Assembly (NCBI GenBank): GCA_963815095.1
Contig: CAWFFH010000003.1
Coordinates: 320,001-384,000 of the forward strand
Length of the DNA: 64,000 nucleotides
Source of the DNA: Candidatus Bathyarchaeota archaeon
Lineage (GTDB): Archaea > Thermoproteota > Bathyarchaeia > Bathyarchaeales > Bathycorpusculaceae
Direction: 5' to 3'
Shown here: piece by piece, positions 37,925 to 48,323 of the stretch
Numbering within the stretch: position 1 is the stretch's first letter
Layout of the letters: the number at the start of each line of letters is the position of its first letter
Translations under genes and position numbers: made by a program
The notes under the pieces: generated by a model
Told to the model about the DNA's origin: nothing
Database searches by the model: none
The model's input: only the letters and a program-made list of their open reading frames with translations

Positions 37925-39028
37925 ATGGTTGAAAAAGACCTTGGATACAGGCGTGTCCAATGCACAGGCAGAGGATCATACATAATATCCCTTCCAAAAG
38001 AGTGGGTAGAGGACCTAGATTTGAACAGAGGCAGCGAAATCGCCTTCAACATCCAACCCGACTCCACCCTTACTCTGGTTCCAAGAAAAATCATGGAAAA
38101 AGAAGGAAGAGAAAACGGCTCCAAACCAAAAGAATACTACATAAACATAGACCCTAAAGAACCCCCACAATCCACAATACGAATGATACGCGCCCTCTAC
38201 GCTATAGGCGCCGACATAATTAGAATCCACTTCAAAAACATTCCCGACGCGACCAAAAACAAAAACGAAATAAAAAACCTGGCACGAGACAACTTTTTAG
38301 GCTCAGAAATCATCGACGAAACCCAAGACGAAATCACACTCCAAATCCTAATAAAACACTCAGAATTCCCGATAGAAAAAGCCGTCCGAAGAATGGCCAT
38401 CGTCGCGTTAGCTGCAAATAGAGACGCCATAGCCGCTCTAAAAGACAAAAACAGTGCTCTAATAGATAGCGTCAAAAGCGCCCACAACGACGTAAACCGC
38501 CTCGGACTATACATCGTTCGCCAACTAAAACATGGAATAGAACGAAACCTCTACCGTGAACTTGGCTTTAGAACACCTAAAGAATTCCTTCTCTACCGCA
38601 TAGCCGTAAACGACATAGAAAGCATCGCCCAAAATGCCATGAATATCATAAACAATCTTGGCACACTCCAAAAGCTAATTGACGACCAAACCTTATTCCT
38701 AAAAGACCCTATAGACGAGGAAATCTACAATCAACTAGTCTATTTCAGCTCCCAAGCCCACCAACTCTACGACGACTCCATTAAAGCATTGTTTAAACGG
38801 GACTACAAAGACGCAGAAAAACTAATTTCCAAACGCGAAGCACTCTTTCCACTCGAAAACGAATTAATCTTGCTCATGTCAAGCAAAAAACTCGACCCAA
38901 ACATTGCCTCAGTCCTAAGGTTAATCTTTGAAAGCTCTAGACGTGTAATGGATTACAGCCGAAACATGGCTGAGTTAACTCTTAACCGAACCGTAGAAGA
39001 ACTCTGCTCAACACTCACATACAAATAA
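37925..39028 (+). CDS. phoU: Archaeal phosphate uptake regulator (AbrB/SpoVT N-terminus plus PhoU repeats)
   Basis: RRVQ.TG.GSYIISLPKEWV N-terminus; PhoU helical repeats (DIE.IA..A.NI; RRV.DY..N.AE). Confidence 0.85.
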   Translation: MVEKDLGYRRVQCTGRGSYIISLPKEWVEDLDLNRGSEIAFNIQPDSTLTLVPRKIMEKEGRENGSKPKEYYINIDPKEPPQSTIRMIRALYAIGADIIRIHFKNIPDATKNKNEIKNLARDNFLGSEIIDETQDEITLQILIKHSEFPIEKAVRRMAIVALAANRDAIAALKDKNSALIDSVKSAHNDVNRLGLYIVRQLKHGIERNLYRELGFRTPKEFLLYRIAVNDIESIAQNAMNIINNLGTLQKLIDDQTLFLKDPIDEEIYNQLVYFSSQAHQLYDDSIKALFKRDYKDAEKLISKREALFPLENELILLMSSKKLDPNIASVLRLIFESSRRVMDYSRNMAELTLNRTVEELCSTLTYK

Positions 39029-39051
39029 TTTTTCTAGATGTCTATATTAAT

Positions 39052-39129
39052 TGGTGCTCCGGCCGGGATTTGGACCCGGGTCGCTGACTCGAGAGGCCAA
39101 CATACTTGACCGGACTATACTACCGGAGC
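39052..39129 (-). tRNA. tRNA-Glu (anticodon CTC), CCA encoded
   Basis: GCTCCGG/CCGGAGC acceptor stem followed by ACCA; anticodon loop CT-CTC-GA; T-arm CCGGG-TCCAAAT-CCCGG. Confidence 0.93.
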
Positions 39130-39197
39130 GCAACGTAGCGTACATACTGATTTCTCCTGTATTAATTTACCTTCCCCTCAAATTCAATGGCTCATTT

Positions 39198-40172
39198 CTA
39201 AGAGTTAGGTAGCTTGCGGTTTGATGAGTTACTGGGCTTCGGCTTTGGTTGGAGTAAATGTTTGGGCAGTAGGCGACGGGATAGGTAGAATGCAATTCCC
39301 ACTATTATGAGCGTTATGACTATCGGTAGAAAAGATGGCAACTCAACATGGAAGGCTTCAATCATCATGAAAAGCCCCAGAAAACCAATGGAGGTCATGG
39401 CTCCGTTCTTTAGATATTTGTATTTAGCAATGGTATCTATCCCTTTGATGGTTAATTCTCTGACTACTATTGCGCCAATTCCGATACCTATCAAAATCAA
39501 AATCAAATTGATTGTGAAAGCAAACGCGCCAATAACGCCATCAAAACTAAAAGTCATGTCCAAAACTTCGAGATAAACAAACTTGGAAAGGTCACTCATG
39601 CCGCTTGCGCCAGCGACTAGGTTACGTTCGCTTTCTTCTGCTGTTTCCTTTAACCCGTAGATTATGAAGAATGTGGCGCTTCCAATTGCCGCCGCAAGCA
39701 TCATCATTGAGCTTGCCCGAGCAAGATACATAACAACAACCAAAATTATAGCGGCGAAAGCGAAGAACCATACACCGTGTTTTTGTTTTAAGAAACGCTC
39801 AATGAACAGCGGATCTTTCTTTTCTAAAAACAGCCAGTGTAGGTAGAGAAAGAGCAGGAACACTCCGCCAAACATAAGAATAATGGGCGTTTGCATTTCA
39901 ATTGCGTTTTTTGCTACTTCGCTCTGTCCCAGAAAAGCTAGGAAGAGGTCTTGAGCTCCAATATTTGGAACAGAAATCCAAACAATAATAAGCGGTAAAA
40001 TAAACCGAACGAGAAATACCGATGTTACGATGCCAATTAGTAGAAACCGTTTCCGCCAAAGAATGCTCATCGTTTTTAGGACACTGGCGTTGACAATAGC
40101 GTTGTCTATGCTGTTGACAACCTCGAACACTATTAGCCCGATCACGATTACAATGTCTTCTACCAGTGACAC
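39198..40172 (-). CDS. DUF475 (TerC-like) membrane protein
   Basis: FE...SIDNAIVNA, YLEVLD.TFSFDGVIGAFA and YLKNGA..SI motifs. Confidence 0.85.
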   Translation of the reverse strand: MSLVEDIVIVIGLIVFEVVNSIDNAIVNASVLKTMSILWRKRFLLIGIVTSVFLVRFILPLIIVWISVPNIGAQDLFLAFLGQSEVAKNAIEMQTPIILMFGGVFLLFLYLHWLFLEKKDPLFIERFLKQKHGVWFFAFAAIILVVVMYLARASSMMMLAAAIGSATFFIIYGLKETAEESERNLVAGASGMSDLSKFVYLEVLDMTFSFDGVIGAFAFTINLILILIGIGIGAIVVRELTIKGIDTIAKYKYLKNGAMTSIGFLGLFMMIEAFHVELPSFLPIVITLIIVGIAFYLSRRLLPKHLLQPKPKPSNSSNRKLPNS

Positions 40173-40294
40173 GATTAAAGCACGTGACAGAATTGAAGAG
40201 TGCCGATATAAAACAGTTTTTAACTAAAACTCAAGGTTGAAGGATAAAAACAAATCTTTTATTTAAAATAAAAAGAAAGTTAAAAGGGGGAAGA

Positions 40295-41944
40295 TTATTC
40301 TTCGCCCATGCCGCCCGGCATTCCGCCTGGGCCACCTGGACCGCCTTTTGGCGATTTAGATGTGATGACGTCATCAATGCGTAGAATCATGGCTGCTGAT
40401 TCAGCTGCGGATTTTATAGCTTGTTCTTTGACTACGATTGGTTCAATTACGCCGTTTTCGATGCTGTTTTGGAGTTTGCCTGTGAATACGTTGATTCCCA
40501 TGTATTTGCCAGTTTCTTTGTCATGTACTTGTCGTAGCTCGACGAGTATATCGATTGGTTCTAACCCTGCGTTTTCTGCGAGTGTGCGTGGGATGACTTC
40601 TACTGCGTCTGCGAAAGCTTCAACTGCTAGTTGTTCTCTTCCGCCGACTTTGGTTGCGTATTTGCGTAGTTCTTTTGCGATTTCGATTTCGACTGCGCCG
40701 CCGCCTGCGACGATTTTGTTGTTTTCTAAGACGTCTGAGACGACTGAGAGTGAATCGGTCATTGCTCTTTCTGCTTCGTCAACGAGACGTTCAAGTCCTG
40801 CTCGGATAAGGATTGCTACTGAGTGTGGGTCTTTGCATTTCTCGACGAAAATCATTTTGTCGTCGCCGATTTTGCGTTCGTCAACTAAGCCTGCGCTGCC
40901 AAGGTCTGCTTTCTTGAGGTCATCGAGGTCGCTGACTATTCTTCCGCCGGTTGCTCTTGCGAGTTTTTCCATGTCGGATTCTTTTACGCGGCGTGCTGCC
41001 ATTATGCCTTCTTTGGATAGGAAGTGTTGTACCATGTCGTCGATGCCTTTTTGGCAGAAGATTACGTCTGCGCCTGAGGCTTTAATTTTTGTAACCATGT
41101 CTTGCATCATGTCGGTTTCTTGGTCTAGGAATGCCTTCATTTGTTTGGGGTCTTTTATGCGGATTTCAGCGGTGATTTCGGTTTTTTCGATTTCTAAGGC
41201 TGAATCTAAGAGTGCGATCTTTGCGTGTTCTTTGGTTTTTGGCATTCCTGGGCTGACGACTTCTTTGTCTATGATTATGCCTTGGATTAGTTGGGTTTCT
41301 AGGAGGCTTTTGCCTGTTTTTTTGACGAGTTGGATGTTGTCAATGTCGGCAATTGTTTTGTCGCCACGTTTTTCTGCGATTTGTGTTACTGCGTCGATAG
41401 ATATTTCTGCTAAGTGTTCTCTTGCTGAACCCAGTGATTTGCTGCTCATTGAGGTTAATGCGACTTTGAGGAGTGTTTTGCGATCGTTTATGTCAAGTGG
41501 AACAGCCATTTTTCCGATGGCTTCGATTGCTTTCACTGATGCTTTTCGATAGCCGCTGACTAGAATTGTTGGGTGAATGTTTTGGTCTAGAAGTTCTTCA
41601 GCTTTTCTGAGCAGTTCACTTGCTAAAACTACTGCGGATGTTGTTCCGTCGCCCACCATGTCATCTTGGGTTTTTGCAATTTCAACCATCATTTTGGCTG
41701 CTGGGTGTTCAACGTCGATTTCTTTGAGTATAGCTGCGCCGTCGTTTGTAATTGTGATGTCGCCTAGGCTGTCGATAAGCATTTTATCCATGCCTCGTGG
41801 ACCTAAAGTGGTTTTTAGCACTTCTCCGATTACTCGTGCGGCCATAATGTTGTTTCTTTGGGCTTCTTTTCCTCGGCTTCTTGTTGTTCCTTCTTTAAGG
41901 ATGAGGACCGGTTGTCCTGAACCTGTTGTTGTTAAATACGCCAT
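40295..41944 (-). CDS. Thermosome (group II chaperonin) subunit
   Basis: [21 protein letters not shown] and GGGA.E motifs; GGM tail. Confidence 0.97.
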   Translation of the reverse strand: MAYLTTTGSGQPVLILKEGTTRSRGKEAQRNNIMAARVIGEVLKTTLGPRGMDKMLIDSLGDITITNDGAAILKEIDVEHPAAKMMVEIAKTQDDMVGDGTTSAVVLASELLRKAEELLDQNIHPTILVSGYRKASVKAIEAIGKMAVPLDINDRKTLLKVALTSMSSKSLGSAREHLAEISIDAVTQIAEKRGDKTIADIDNIQLVKKTGKSLLETQLIQGIIIDKEVVSPGMPKTKEHAKIALLDSALEIEKTEITAEIRIKDPKQMKAFLDQETDMMQDMVTKIKASGADVIFCQKGIDDMVQHFLSKEGIMAARRVKESDMEKLARATGGRIVSDLDDLKKADLGSAGLVDERKIGDDKMIFVEKCKDPHSVAILIRAGLERLVDEAERAMTDSLSVVSDVLENNKIVAGGGAVEIEIAKELRKYATKVGGREQLAVEAFADAVEVIPRTLAENAGLEPIDILVELRQVHDKETGKYMGINVFTGKLQNSIENGVIEPIVVKEQAIKSAAESAAMILRIDDVITSKSPKGGPGGPGGMPGGMGEE

Positions 41945-42431
41945 ATTATCATTCCCTACATTACTAGAACTTGTTTAATTCGGAAATATGCAAAAACCCT
42001 GCGGAAATATAAACTTTTACCCTTAAACGCTGCTGTCTCTATTTTTCATTACCTATTTGGATAATATAGTAGATACAAGCCTATAAACCGACTGAGAATG
42101 AGGGTGTTTGGAATAATTAACAAAAGAAATGCAAGAGCACGGTTACCACCGGATATGAGCCCACCCAACCTATTTACCCCTCAGTTTGTGGTCAATTCGA
42201 GTTACGCTTCTCAAAACACGTTTTTTAGAGACAGAAAACAGCATCTTTGAAAACCAAACATTTCGTGGAAGCTAGCAACTACACAATAATTGTCACTTTA
42301 ACGTCGAACAGTTAATTAGGAGTTTCAGCAAAACTGCATTGCGAAAATATACTTATCAATTAGCCTTTTGGTTGGGTTAACGGGCAAAAGGCAGAAATAA
42401 CCAGCAACCCACAATTCCATCGTGGAACGGT

Positions 42432-42959
42432 ATGATCAATGAATTCAACCTAATAGCTACAACCAGCCGCGGAAATGAGCGGCCAATGTGTAACGAAATA
42501 CTCTACTTACTCAAAGAAGAGCTAGGAGACACCGAAGCTCAAGCTGTAAAAACTAAAATCCGGGGCTTAATCGTGGCTAAAACCACACTTGACCCAGTTA
42601 TGGTGATAGAAAAGTTCCACGCTATCCTCAAAGAACGCCCATACGAGTTTCGCTATGCCCTAAGAATTTTGCCAATCGAAAAGGTTGTGCCAACCGATTT
42701 GGAAGAAATTAAGAAAGCCAGCGGAGAGCTTGCCACAAAAATAGGCGAAAATGAAACTTTCAGGGTTACAATAGAAAAGCGCTTCACTACCTTCCATACA
42801 AAAGACCTCATTGAGGCAGCTGTGGGAGAAATCAAAAATAATGCTGATCTTGAAAACCCAGATAAAATCTTGCTGGTTGAGGTTCTGGGTGCATTAACGG
42901 GGTTGTCGTTATTGAAGCCTTCGAATATCTTAGCAGTTGTTAAAGAAAAAATGCTCTAA
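42432..42959 (+). CDS. THUMP-domain RNA-binding protein
   Basis: TFRVTIEKR...DLENPDKILLVEVLG. Confidence 0.85.
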   Translation: MINEFNLIATTSRGNERPMCNEILYLLKEELGDTEAQAVKTKIRGLIVAKTTLDPVMVIEKFHAILKERPYEFRYALRILPIEKVVPTDLEEIKKASGELATKIGENETFRVTIEKRFTTFHTKDLIEAAVGEIKNNADLENPDKILLVEVLGALTGLSLLKPSNILAVVKEKML

Positions 42960-43283
42960 CTTTGCAGTTGAGTTATTCTTTTTAGAGAAGAAGAACTGCA
43001 ATTTCCTACGGGAAGCCCTTCTTCTTCGAACAAAATACAAACCCACCTTAACTAAAAGAACAACAACACCTCCAATTTTGGCTATTGTTGTTCTACTGCT
43101 TAACTGTTAGAAGAAGATTGCTGAATTGCCACTTCTTCTTCTTTTAAAATGACTTGAAACTGAAGTTCAGACTTGAGCTTAGTTAATAATTTCTATTGAT
43201 GAATAAAGTTCATTTAGAATATTCGAAATCTCTTCAACAAGCCCGTTTAAAACATAAACAGAGTCTTCCCCGACTTCTCTTAA

Positions 43284-43841
43284 TCACTTTATGGCTAATA
43301 GAGCGACTTGCTCGATAACTAAGTTAACTATTGCCTTCCTCTGGTTACCGTCTTCGAGGATTTTTAATTCTTCGTTTTGGATGTTGAAGACTTTTTTGAT
43401 GTTCATTTCCTTGGTTTTAGTCATTTCAATAACCGCCTCGTCTGGGTCAGTTCCAACGCATTTGGTAAGCGCTTCAAGGATATTTTGAATATGGGCTGGA
43501 TCTTCGCCGATTATTGCAACTGCCATGTTTTTTGTTTTTGGTTTTATTCCGCTGCGTTCAATAGCTTTTTGTATTTGTCGTTGAGCAGAAGCGTAGAGCA
43601 TCGTTTCCATTGCAGGGGTCTTTGAAAGGTTGGTTTTGTTGTTGAAGGCTTGTAAGGCGTTTAGGACGGCGAAATATAGGTGTTCTTGTGTGGCAATTAG
43701 GTCGGCGTCGAAGAATTGGATGTTGACGTTTTGGGTTTGTTTTCGGTTTGCTTTTAAGAATGCGTCTATCTTATCGAACGCTATGCTTTTGTAACCTGTT
43801 ATTTCCACGTATTTGCCATGTTCTTTTATGTACTGAAGCAT
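43284..43841 (-). CDS. cgi121: KEOPS complex subunit Cgi121
   Basis: QFFDA..IA...HL..A...A, E..LYAS.QRQI..AI...G motifs. Confidence 0.88.
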   Translation of the reverse strand: MLQYIKEHGKYVEITGYKSIAFDKIDAFLKANRKQTQNVNIQFFDADLIATQEHLYFAVLNALQAFNNKTNLSKTPAMETMLYASAQRQIQKAIERSGIKPKTKNMAVAIIGEDPAHIQNILEALTKCVGTDPDEAVIEMTKTKEMNIKKVFNIQNEELKILEDGNQRKAIVNLVIEQVALLAIK

Positions 43842-43851
43842 GTTTGGGCTC

Positions 43852-44433
43852 CTACTGCATGTCTTTTAGGAGTTTTTCGACCAGTGGTTTGGGTAAGCCT
43901 GCTTTTACGAGCTTTGCGACTTCTTGGTTTAATGCACGTTTGCCTTGCTGTCTTTGAATTATTTTTCGCAGAGTTTCTTTGATGTCCCAAGGGAAAACGA
44001 TCCAGTTGGTCGTTTGTTTTTCGTAAAAGTCGGGGGTCGTTGTGGATTGGGGTTTTTTGTAGAGGGTGGCTGTTTTGATTTCACTGGCAACGTCTTGGAT
44101 GCTGGTTTGGGCGAGTTTTAGGCTTGCGCCGCTGTCTGCAATATCGTCAACCAATAACACTTTTTTGTTGGTTACCGTTATAGTTGGGGATTGTTTTAGT
44201 TTTGGTTCATCCAGCGTTTGGTTGATGTTTGTATAGAATTCTATTTGGACAAAGCCGAGTTCAGGGGTTTCTAATAGGTCAGTTAGGATGCGTGCGGGCA
44301 TTAAGCCGCCCCTTGCGACACCCAAAATGATGTCTGGGTGGAAATTTTGGCTTTGGATTTTTTGGGCTTGACTAAGAAGCATATCATAGATTTGGTTCCA
44401 TGTCGGAACTTCATAGTCGATGTTGGCTGCCAA
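43852..44433 (-). CDS. Type I phosphoribosyltransferase (purine PRT-like)
   Basis: GVARGG, LLVDDIADSGASL and WIVFPW motifs. Confidence 0.88.
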   Translation of the reverse strand: MAANIDYEVPTWNQIYDMLLSQAQKIQSQNFHPDIILGVARGGLMPARILTDLLETPELGFVQIEFYTNINQTLDEPKLKQSPTITVTNKKVLLVDDIADSGASLKLAQTSIQDVASEIKTATLYKKPQSTTTPDFYEKQTTNWIVFPWDIKETLRKIIQRQQGKRALNQEVAKLVKAGLPKPLVEKLLKDMQ

Positions 44434-44753
44434 CGCTTCTTCCTCTTCTTAGGAATACATTTTCTTGTGATGTTAACCTTTCTGTAGTCAATTGACCATG
44501 AGTACTTTATTGTTGCCTATTTTTGGTATTTTAGCTATTTGCTTATTTATTGTGATTGTGATTCGATTTTTGTGTTGAGATTTGTTAGTGGTTGATTTGT
44601 TTTTTGCTTGCTCGGTTGCAGGTTTATTAAGGGGTTATGTTAATTATTTTATTCGGATGATAGGCGTCTGGAGATATGTTTCGTAATTCGTAATATAGTT
44701 TATATGCTTAGACGTCTTTTTCCAATAATCAATAACGAAAGGAGACTTGAAAA

Positions 44754-45092
44754 ATGGTGAAGAATGTGGACGAAGAGAAGATTAAGCGCGTACTCACTGA
44801 GCCCAAACTGGCTGCAGTTAAAGCAATGCTTGAAAAAGACCATGCGATCGACTGTTTACTGCTACTCCATGTTGGTCGCGGCAAATGGAAGGATGCTAAA
44901 GACTTCATGAAAGACAATAATTTGACACTCAGTGACGGCACCTTCAGGGCCAGAATGATTGAGATTGAATCTCTGGGTTTAGCTAAGAGCGAACGTATTG
45001 ACCCTCTTAAGAAGTACTATGTTAAGACTGAACTCGGGGAAAAAGTGTCGAATCTTCTTCTTGGCTTTTTTGACGAGCTTGACGTAAAATAG
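44754..45092 (+). CDS. Winged-helix transcriptional regulator
   Basis: LSDGT..AR..E.E.LGL.......KYY..TELG.KV pattern. Confidence 0.75.
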   Translation: MVKNVDEEKIKRVLTEPKLAAVKAMLEKDHAIDCLLLLHVGRGKWKDAKDFMKDNNLTLSDGTFRARMIEIESLGLAKSERIDPLKKYYVKTELGEKVSNLLLGFFDELDVK

Positions 45093-45256
45093 TTTTTAGT
45101 TCGGGCGACTTGACGCCTTTTTCTTTCTTTTTCTCAATTTTCTTGATGGCTGTGGGTGTGTTCTACAGATCTATACTATTGTATAGTAAGACGTAATATT
45201 TAAAAGGCCGGATTTGTCGATTACTAACACAAACCTACAAGAAGGTTAAAAATAAA

Positions 45257-45706
45257 ATGAATACATACATCAGAAAAATAAAGAAAAACTCGAAAGCCCT
45301 AAGCCCCGTAGTCGCATCAATCATCTTAATCGCCGTCACCGTCGCAGTCAGCGTTGTCGTCGCCGCATGGATGGGAGGAATGACCGTCGGTCTAATGGGA
45401 AACGCAGAGCAGGCATCAATTACAAACATTGGCTTTACTCAAGCAACAACTGCCGCCAGCGCTACTTTGCAAGTTGCAATACAAAATACTGGAAATGCTG
45501 ATATTAAGATAACTGCAGCATACATTGACGGAAACACTGTATCTGCTACAGGTCTACCTTTGACTGTTCCAAAGAATTCGCCCGGTACAACAACATTGAC
45601 TCTCAGTGGCACCGCTCCAGCAGAATTGACAAGTGGACAAACGTACGTAGTCAAGCTCACAACCGCAAAGGGTACCAACTTAGTATATTCAGCAATTGCA
45701 CCATAG
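45257..45706 (+). CDS. Archaeal type IV pilin-like protein
   Basis: Class III signal peptide KKNSKA/LSPVVASIILIAVTVAVSVVVAAW; NTGN and VKLTTAKG motifs. Confidence 0.9.
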   Translation: MNTYIRKIKKNSKALSPVVASIILIAVTVAVSVVVAAWMGGMTVGLMGNAEQASITNIGFTQATTAASATLQVAIQNTGNADIKITAAYIDGNTVSATGLPLTVPKNSPGTTTLTLSGTAPAELTSGQTYVVKLTTAKGTNLVYSAIAP

Positions 45707-45810
45707 AAACTAAATATTTGTCTTGAAATCATAAATTCGGGGGTAAGGTGAATTAAAAGTTCACCCAACTTTCCTCTTTCTCTTTATTAAAAATTTAGGA
45801 AGTAAAAATC

Positions 45811-46236
45811 ATGGTAACACAAATAAAAGAATATACATCTGCCCAAGCTATAGCAGAAGCATTGGACAAAGAATTATCCGAAACCAAAAGCGTGCTAGGC
45901 GAATACCTGCGAAAACTCGACGAAATTCGCACCCTAGCAGAAAAATCTAAGAAAGTCCGTGAAGTCGTAATGAAGTTGGCAGGTAAAAAAGCACCAACTG
46001 AAAACACAAGCGAAATCACGGTTGGAACATTGAACATTGTTTTGGATGCTAACCCATTTCATGAGTTGACCGCCATAGAATCTGTAGTGCGCAGCCATCA
46101 AGAGCGGCTGTTGGTTTTGCAGAAGGTACGTGAAGCCTTAAAGTGGCTTGATCAACTTGGCGATACGGAAGGTCTCAAGTACCTTGTAGTGGAAGATGAA
46201 GGCATACCTGAACGTATCTTATTCAAAATATCTTAA
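45811..46236 (+). CDS. Hypothetical coiled-coil / beta-hairpin / coiled-coil protein
   Basis: Two long helical segments flanking EITVGTLNIVL; short beta tail GIPERILF. Confidence 0.65.
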   Translation: MVTQIKEYTSAQAIAEALDKELSETKSVLGEYLRKLDEIRTLAEKSKKVREVVMKLAGKKAPTENTSEITVGTLNIVLDANPFHELTAIESVVRSHQERLLVLQKVREALKWLDQLGDTEGLKYLVVEDEGIPERILFKIS

Positions 46237-46259
46237 AATTAGAAAAGGAGAACAAAACG

Positions 46260-47057
46260 GTGACTGAAGCTTATATAAATCCCCTTCAAACAGTTATAGA
46301 TGAATTCAAAAATATAAGCCCAGAAACCACCAACGCTTTATTATTCAAAAACAACGGCCAAACTATCGCTAGCATAAAAGCCGCATCTGAAGATCAAACC
46401 AGAAAACTCATCTTCAACTTCAGCAATATTGAGTCACAAGCCCAAGCCATCGGAGGCATAGAATACTTAACAATTCAAACTACCGAAAATCAACTAAGCG
46501 TCACCGCAATGAATAACCTCTATTTTGCAACAGTTTCTTCCCGCGAAGCAAACCAAGAAATTATAAAGTCATTAACCCAAGTTGTAATCCCAACAATTGT
46601 TTATCTCGTTGACCAAACTGCCTTGAACCCTTTAGAAACACAGCCGCCACAAGCCCTCCAGCTCGAAGAGAAACATGTTGAAGAAACTGTTTTGCCCGTT
46701 GAAGATGAACCAACCATAGAACCCATACCTGAACCTCAACCACCTTTTGAACTGTTTCTTCCATCAACACCTGTTAACCAGTTTATGGTGGAAAAAATTG
46801 GGGGAATGCTTGTTGCAGCTGATACTGTGCGAGTTGACGGCGAGGTCATCTCGCAATGGAGCGACCTCTATAGTGGCAAACAATTCACGATGGTAAACAT
46901 CGAAGCCTTAGACGGCAAAAAGACCACTTGCAAATTTAAAACCATAAAAGAAACCAAAAACAACGCCAAAGGCATCATCCAAATTCCAGAAAAAATCCTC
47001 CAAACTCTGCAAACTGAAAAAGGCAAGCTGGTAATGGTTAAACCAGTAATCGAATAG
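46260..47057 (+). CDS. Roadblock-like N-domain, Pro/Glu linker, and double-psi-barrel-like C-domain
   Basis: N-domain helix-beta-beta-helix-beta-beta-beta-helix pattern; C-terminal KGIIQIPEKI...L..EKG.LVMVKP. Confidence 0.6.
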   Translation: MTEAYINPLQTVIDEFKNISPETTNALLFKNNGQTIASIKAASEDQTRKLIFNFSNIESQAQAIGGIEYLTIQTTENQLSVTAMNNLYFATVSSREANQEIIKSLTQVVIPTIVYLVDQTALNPLETQPPQALQLEEKHVEETVLPVEDEPTIEPIPEPQPPFELFLPSTPVNQFMVEKIGGMLVAADTVRVDGEVISQWSDLYSGKQFTMVNIEALDGKKTTCKFKTIKETKNNAKGIIQIPEKILQTLQTEKGKLVMVKPVIE

Positions 47058-47066
47058 GAGGCGTAA

Positions 47067-47489
47067 TTGTTGAACCAAAAAGCAACAATTGAAACCACAC
47101 CAGAAGTTCCTGAAGGCGCCGCGGTTATTTCTGTTGGAGACGAAAATTCTGCATTCTCAAATTTAGCTGCTAGTTTAGTTGAAATCCGCAAACTAAAAGG
47201 AGTTAACGGGTACATTCTAAGAAGCGACACCTCAGCCATAATTGACCTAACCGAACAGGAAAAAATAATCGAATACGCCATCTTATTATCCCAAATCTCT
47301 GAGTCAAGCGATAAAATTGCAAAACAATTCAACATGACTAATATAGAGAGCGTACTCGTCGAGGGCAAAAGTGCCAAAGTCCTCTGCATGATCGTAGGCG
47401 AAAACAAAATAGGCGTTTTTATGGAGAAAACTGCCACGCACACCTATCTTAGTGACTTAGTCACAAAATCTTTGCCAGAAAAAGTTTGA
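47067..47489 (+). CDS. Roadblock/LC7 domain protein
   Basis: L.EI....GV.GYIL...; ....ES.LVEG...KVL....GE..I.VF. Confidence 0.72.
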   Translation: MLNQKATIETTPEVPEGAAVISVGDENSAFSNLAASLVEIRKLKGVNGYILRSDTSAIIDLTEQEKIIEYAILLSQISESSDKIAKQFNMTNIESVLVEGKSAKVLCMIVGENKIGVFMEKTATHTYLSDLVTKSLPEKV

Positions 47490-47668
47490 AACCAGAAGAT
47501 TAACTTTTATCTCAGGCAATTTTTCGTCCCTTGGCTTTCATACCCAGAATTTATGGAATTCAACTTTGAAAAAGGGTTCGCTCGATATCTGGAACCAGCA
47601 ACCCAAAATCTAGCGCATTTTTGATTTTTCTGAAAAAAAAAACAGTTGAGAGATTAAAAATAAAGGGT

Positions 47669-47896
47669 TTAGAAGTTGCGGGCTTCTTTACGTTTCTCTG
47701 CTTCTTCGTAGAACCGCAGAACTTCATCGATGATTTCTACGTTTGAGAGCAACATGCGTCTGCAACAGTACCGCTTCAAACCTAAGCTGTCGAGGACGTC
47801 GCTGGCGTTTTCGCCTGTCTTGATTCGGCGGGTGAATTCGTCCCATCGGTCTCCAACCAGTTTGCCGCAAGTGAAGCATCGTACGGGAATAATCAT
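47669..47896 (-). CDS. rpoN: RNA polymerase subunit Rpo10 (N)
   Basis: [12 protein letters not shown]...RYCCRRM. Confidence 0.97.
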   Translation of the reverse strand: MIIPVRCFTCGKLVGDRWDEFTRRIKTGENASDVLDSLGLKRYCCRRMLLSNVEIIDEVLRFYEEAEKRKEARNF

Positions 47897-47910
47897 GTTG
47901 TTTTTTCTCC

Positions 47911-48321
47911 TTATCTGTAGCTTTTCTGTTCTTTGGAACGTGCGCCTGCTCCGCCGACTTTCTTTGTCTCTTTGGTTCGGCTGTCTCCGGCAATCATGGT
48001 TCTGTCGTATTCGTTAAAAACGGTTCGTAGATGAGTACTCTTGGTCCATTTCAAGAGCGCATTAGATATAGCCATACGTGCTGCTTCTGCTTGTCCCATG
48101 TAGCCTCCACCGCTGGTTTTAACGTCCATATCAAGTTGTTGCCAGACATCTGCGCCTGCTTGCAATAGGGGCTCCATGATTTTTGCTTTTGCAATGTCGG
48201 GTTCGTAAATTTCAACTGGAGTCCTGTTTATTCGAACTCTACCAATACCTTGTTTGACTATGGCGCGGGCAACTGCGGTTTTTCGCTTTCCACTAACTAC
48301 TAAGACTTTTTTTGCGGGCAT
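47911..48321 (-). CDS. rps9: 30S ribosomal protein S9
   Basis: [16 protein letters not shown] and QKSYR motifs. Confidence 0.97.
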   Translation of the reverse strand: MPAKKVLVVSGKRKTAVARAIVKQGIGRVRINRTPVEIYEPDIAKAKIMEPLLQAGADVWQQLDMDVKTSGGGYMGQAEAARMAISNALLKWTKSTHLRTVFNEYDRTMIAGDSRTKETKKVGGAGARSKEQKSYR

Positions 48322-48323
48322 AA

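Noticed and set aside
39052-40172. tRNA-Glu as an integration site
   Set aside because: No duplicated tRNA 3' end or integrase seen in the window.
40308-41552. 414-aa + strand ORF
   Set aside because: Antisense shadow of the thermosome gene; Ser/Ile-rich with no recognisable motifs.
42960-43150. GAAGAAGA/TTCTTCTTC inverted repeats
   Set aside because: Low-complexity stems between convergent genes; adequately explained as termination-region sequence.
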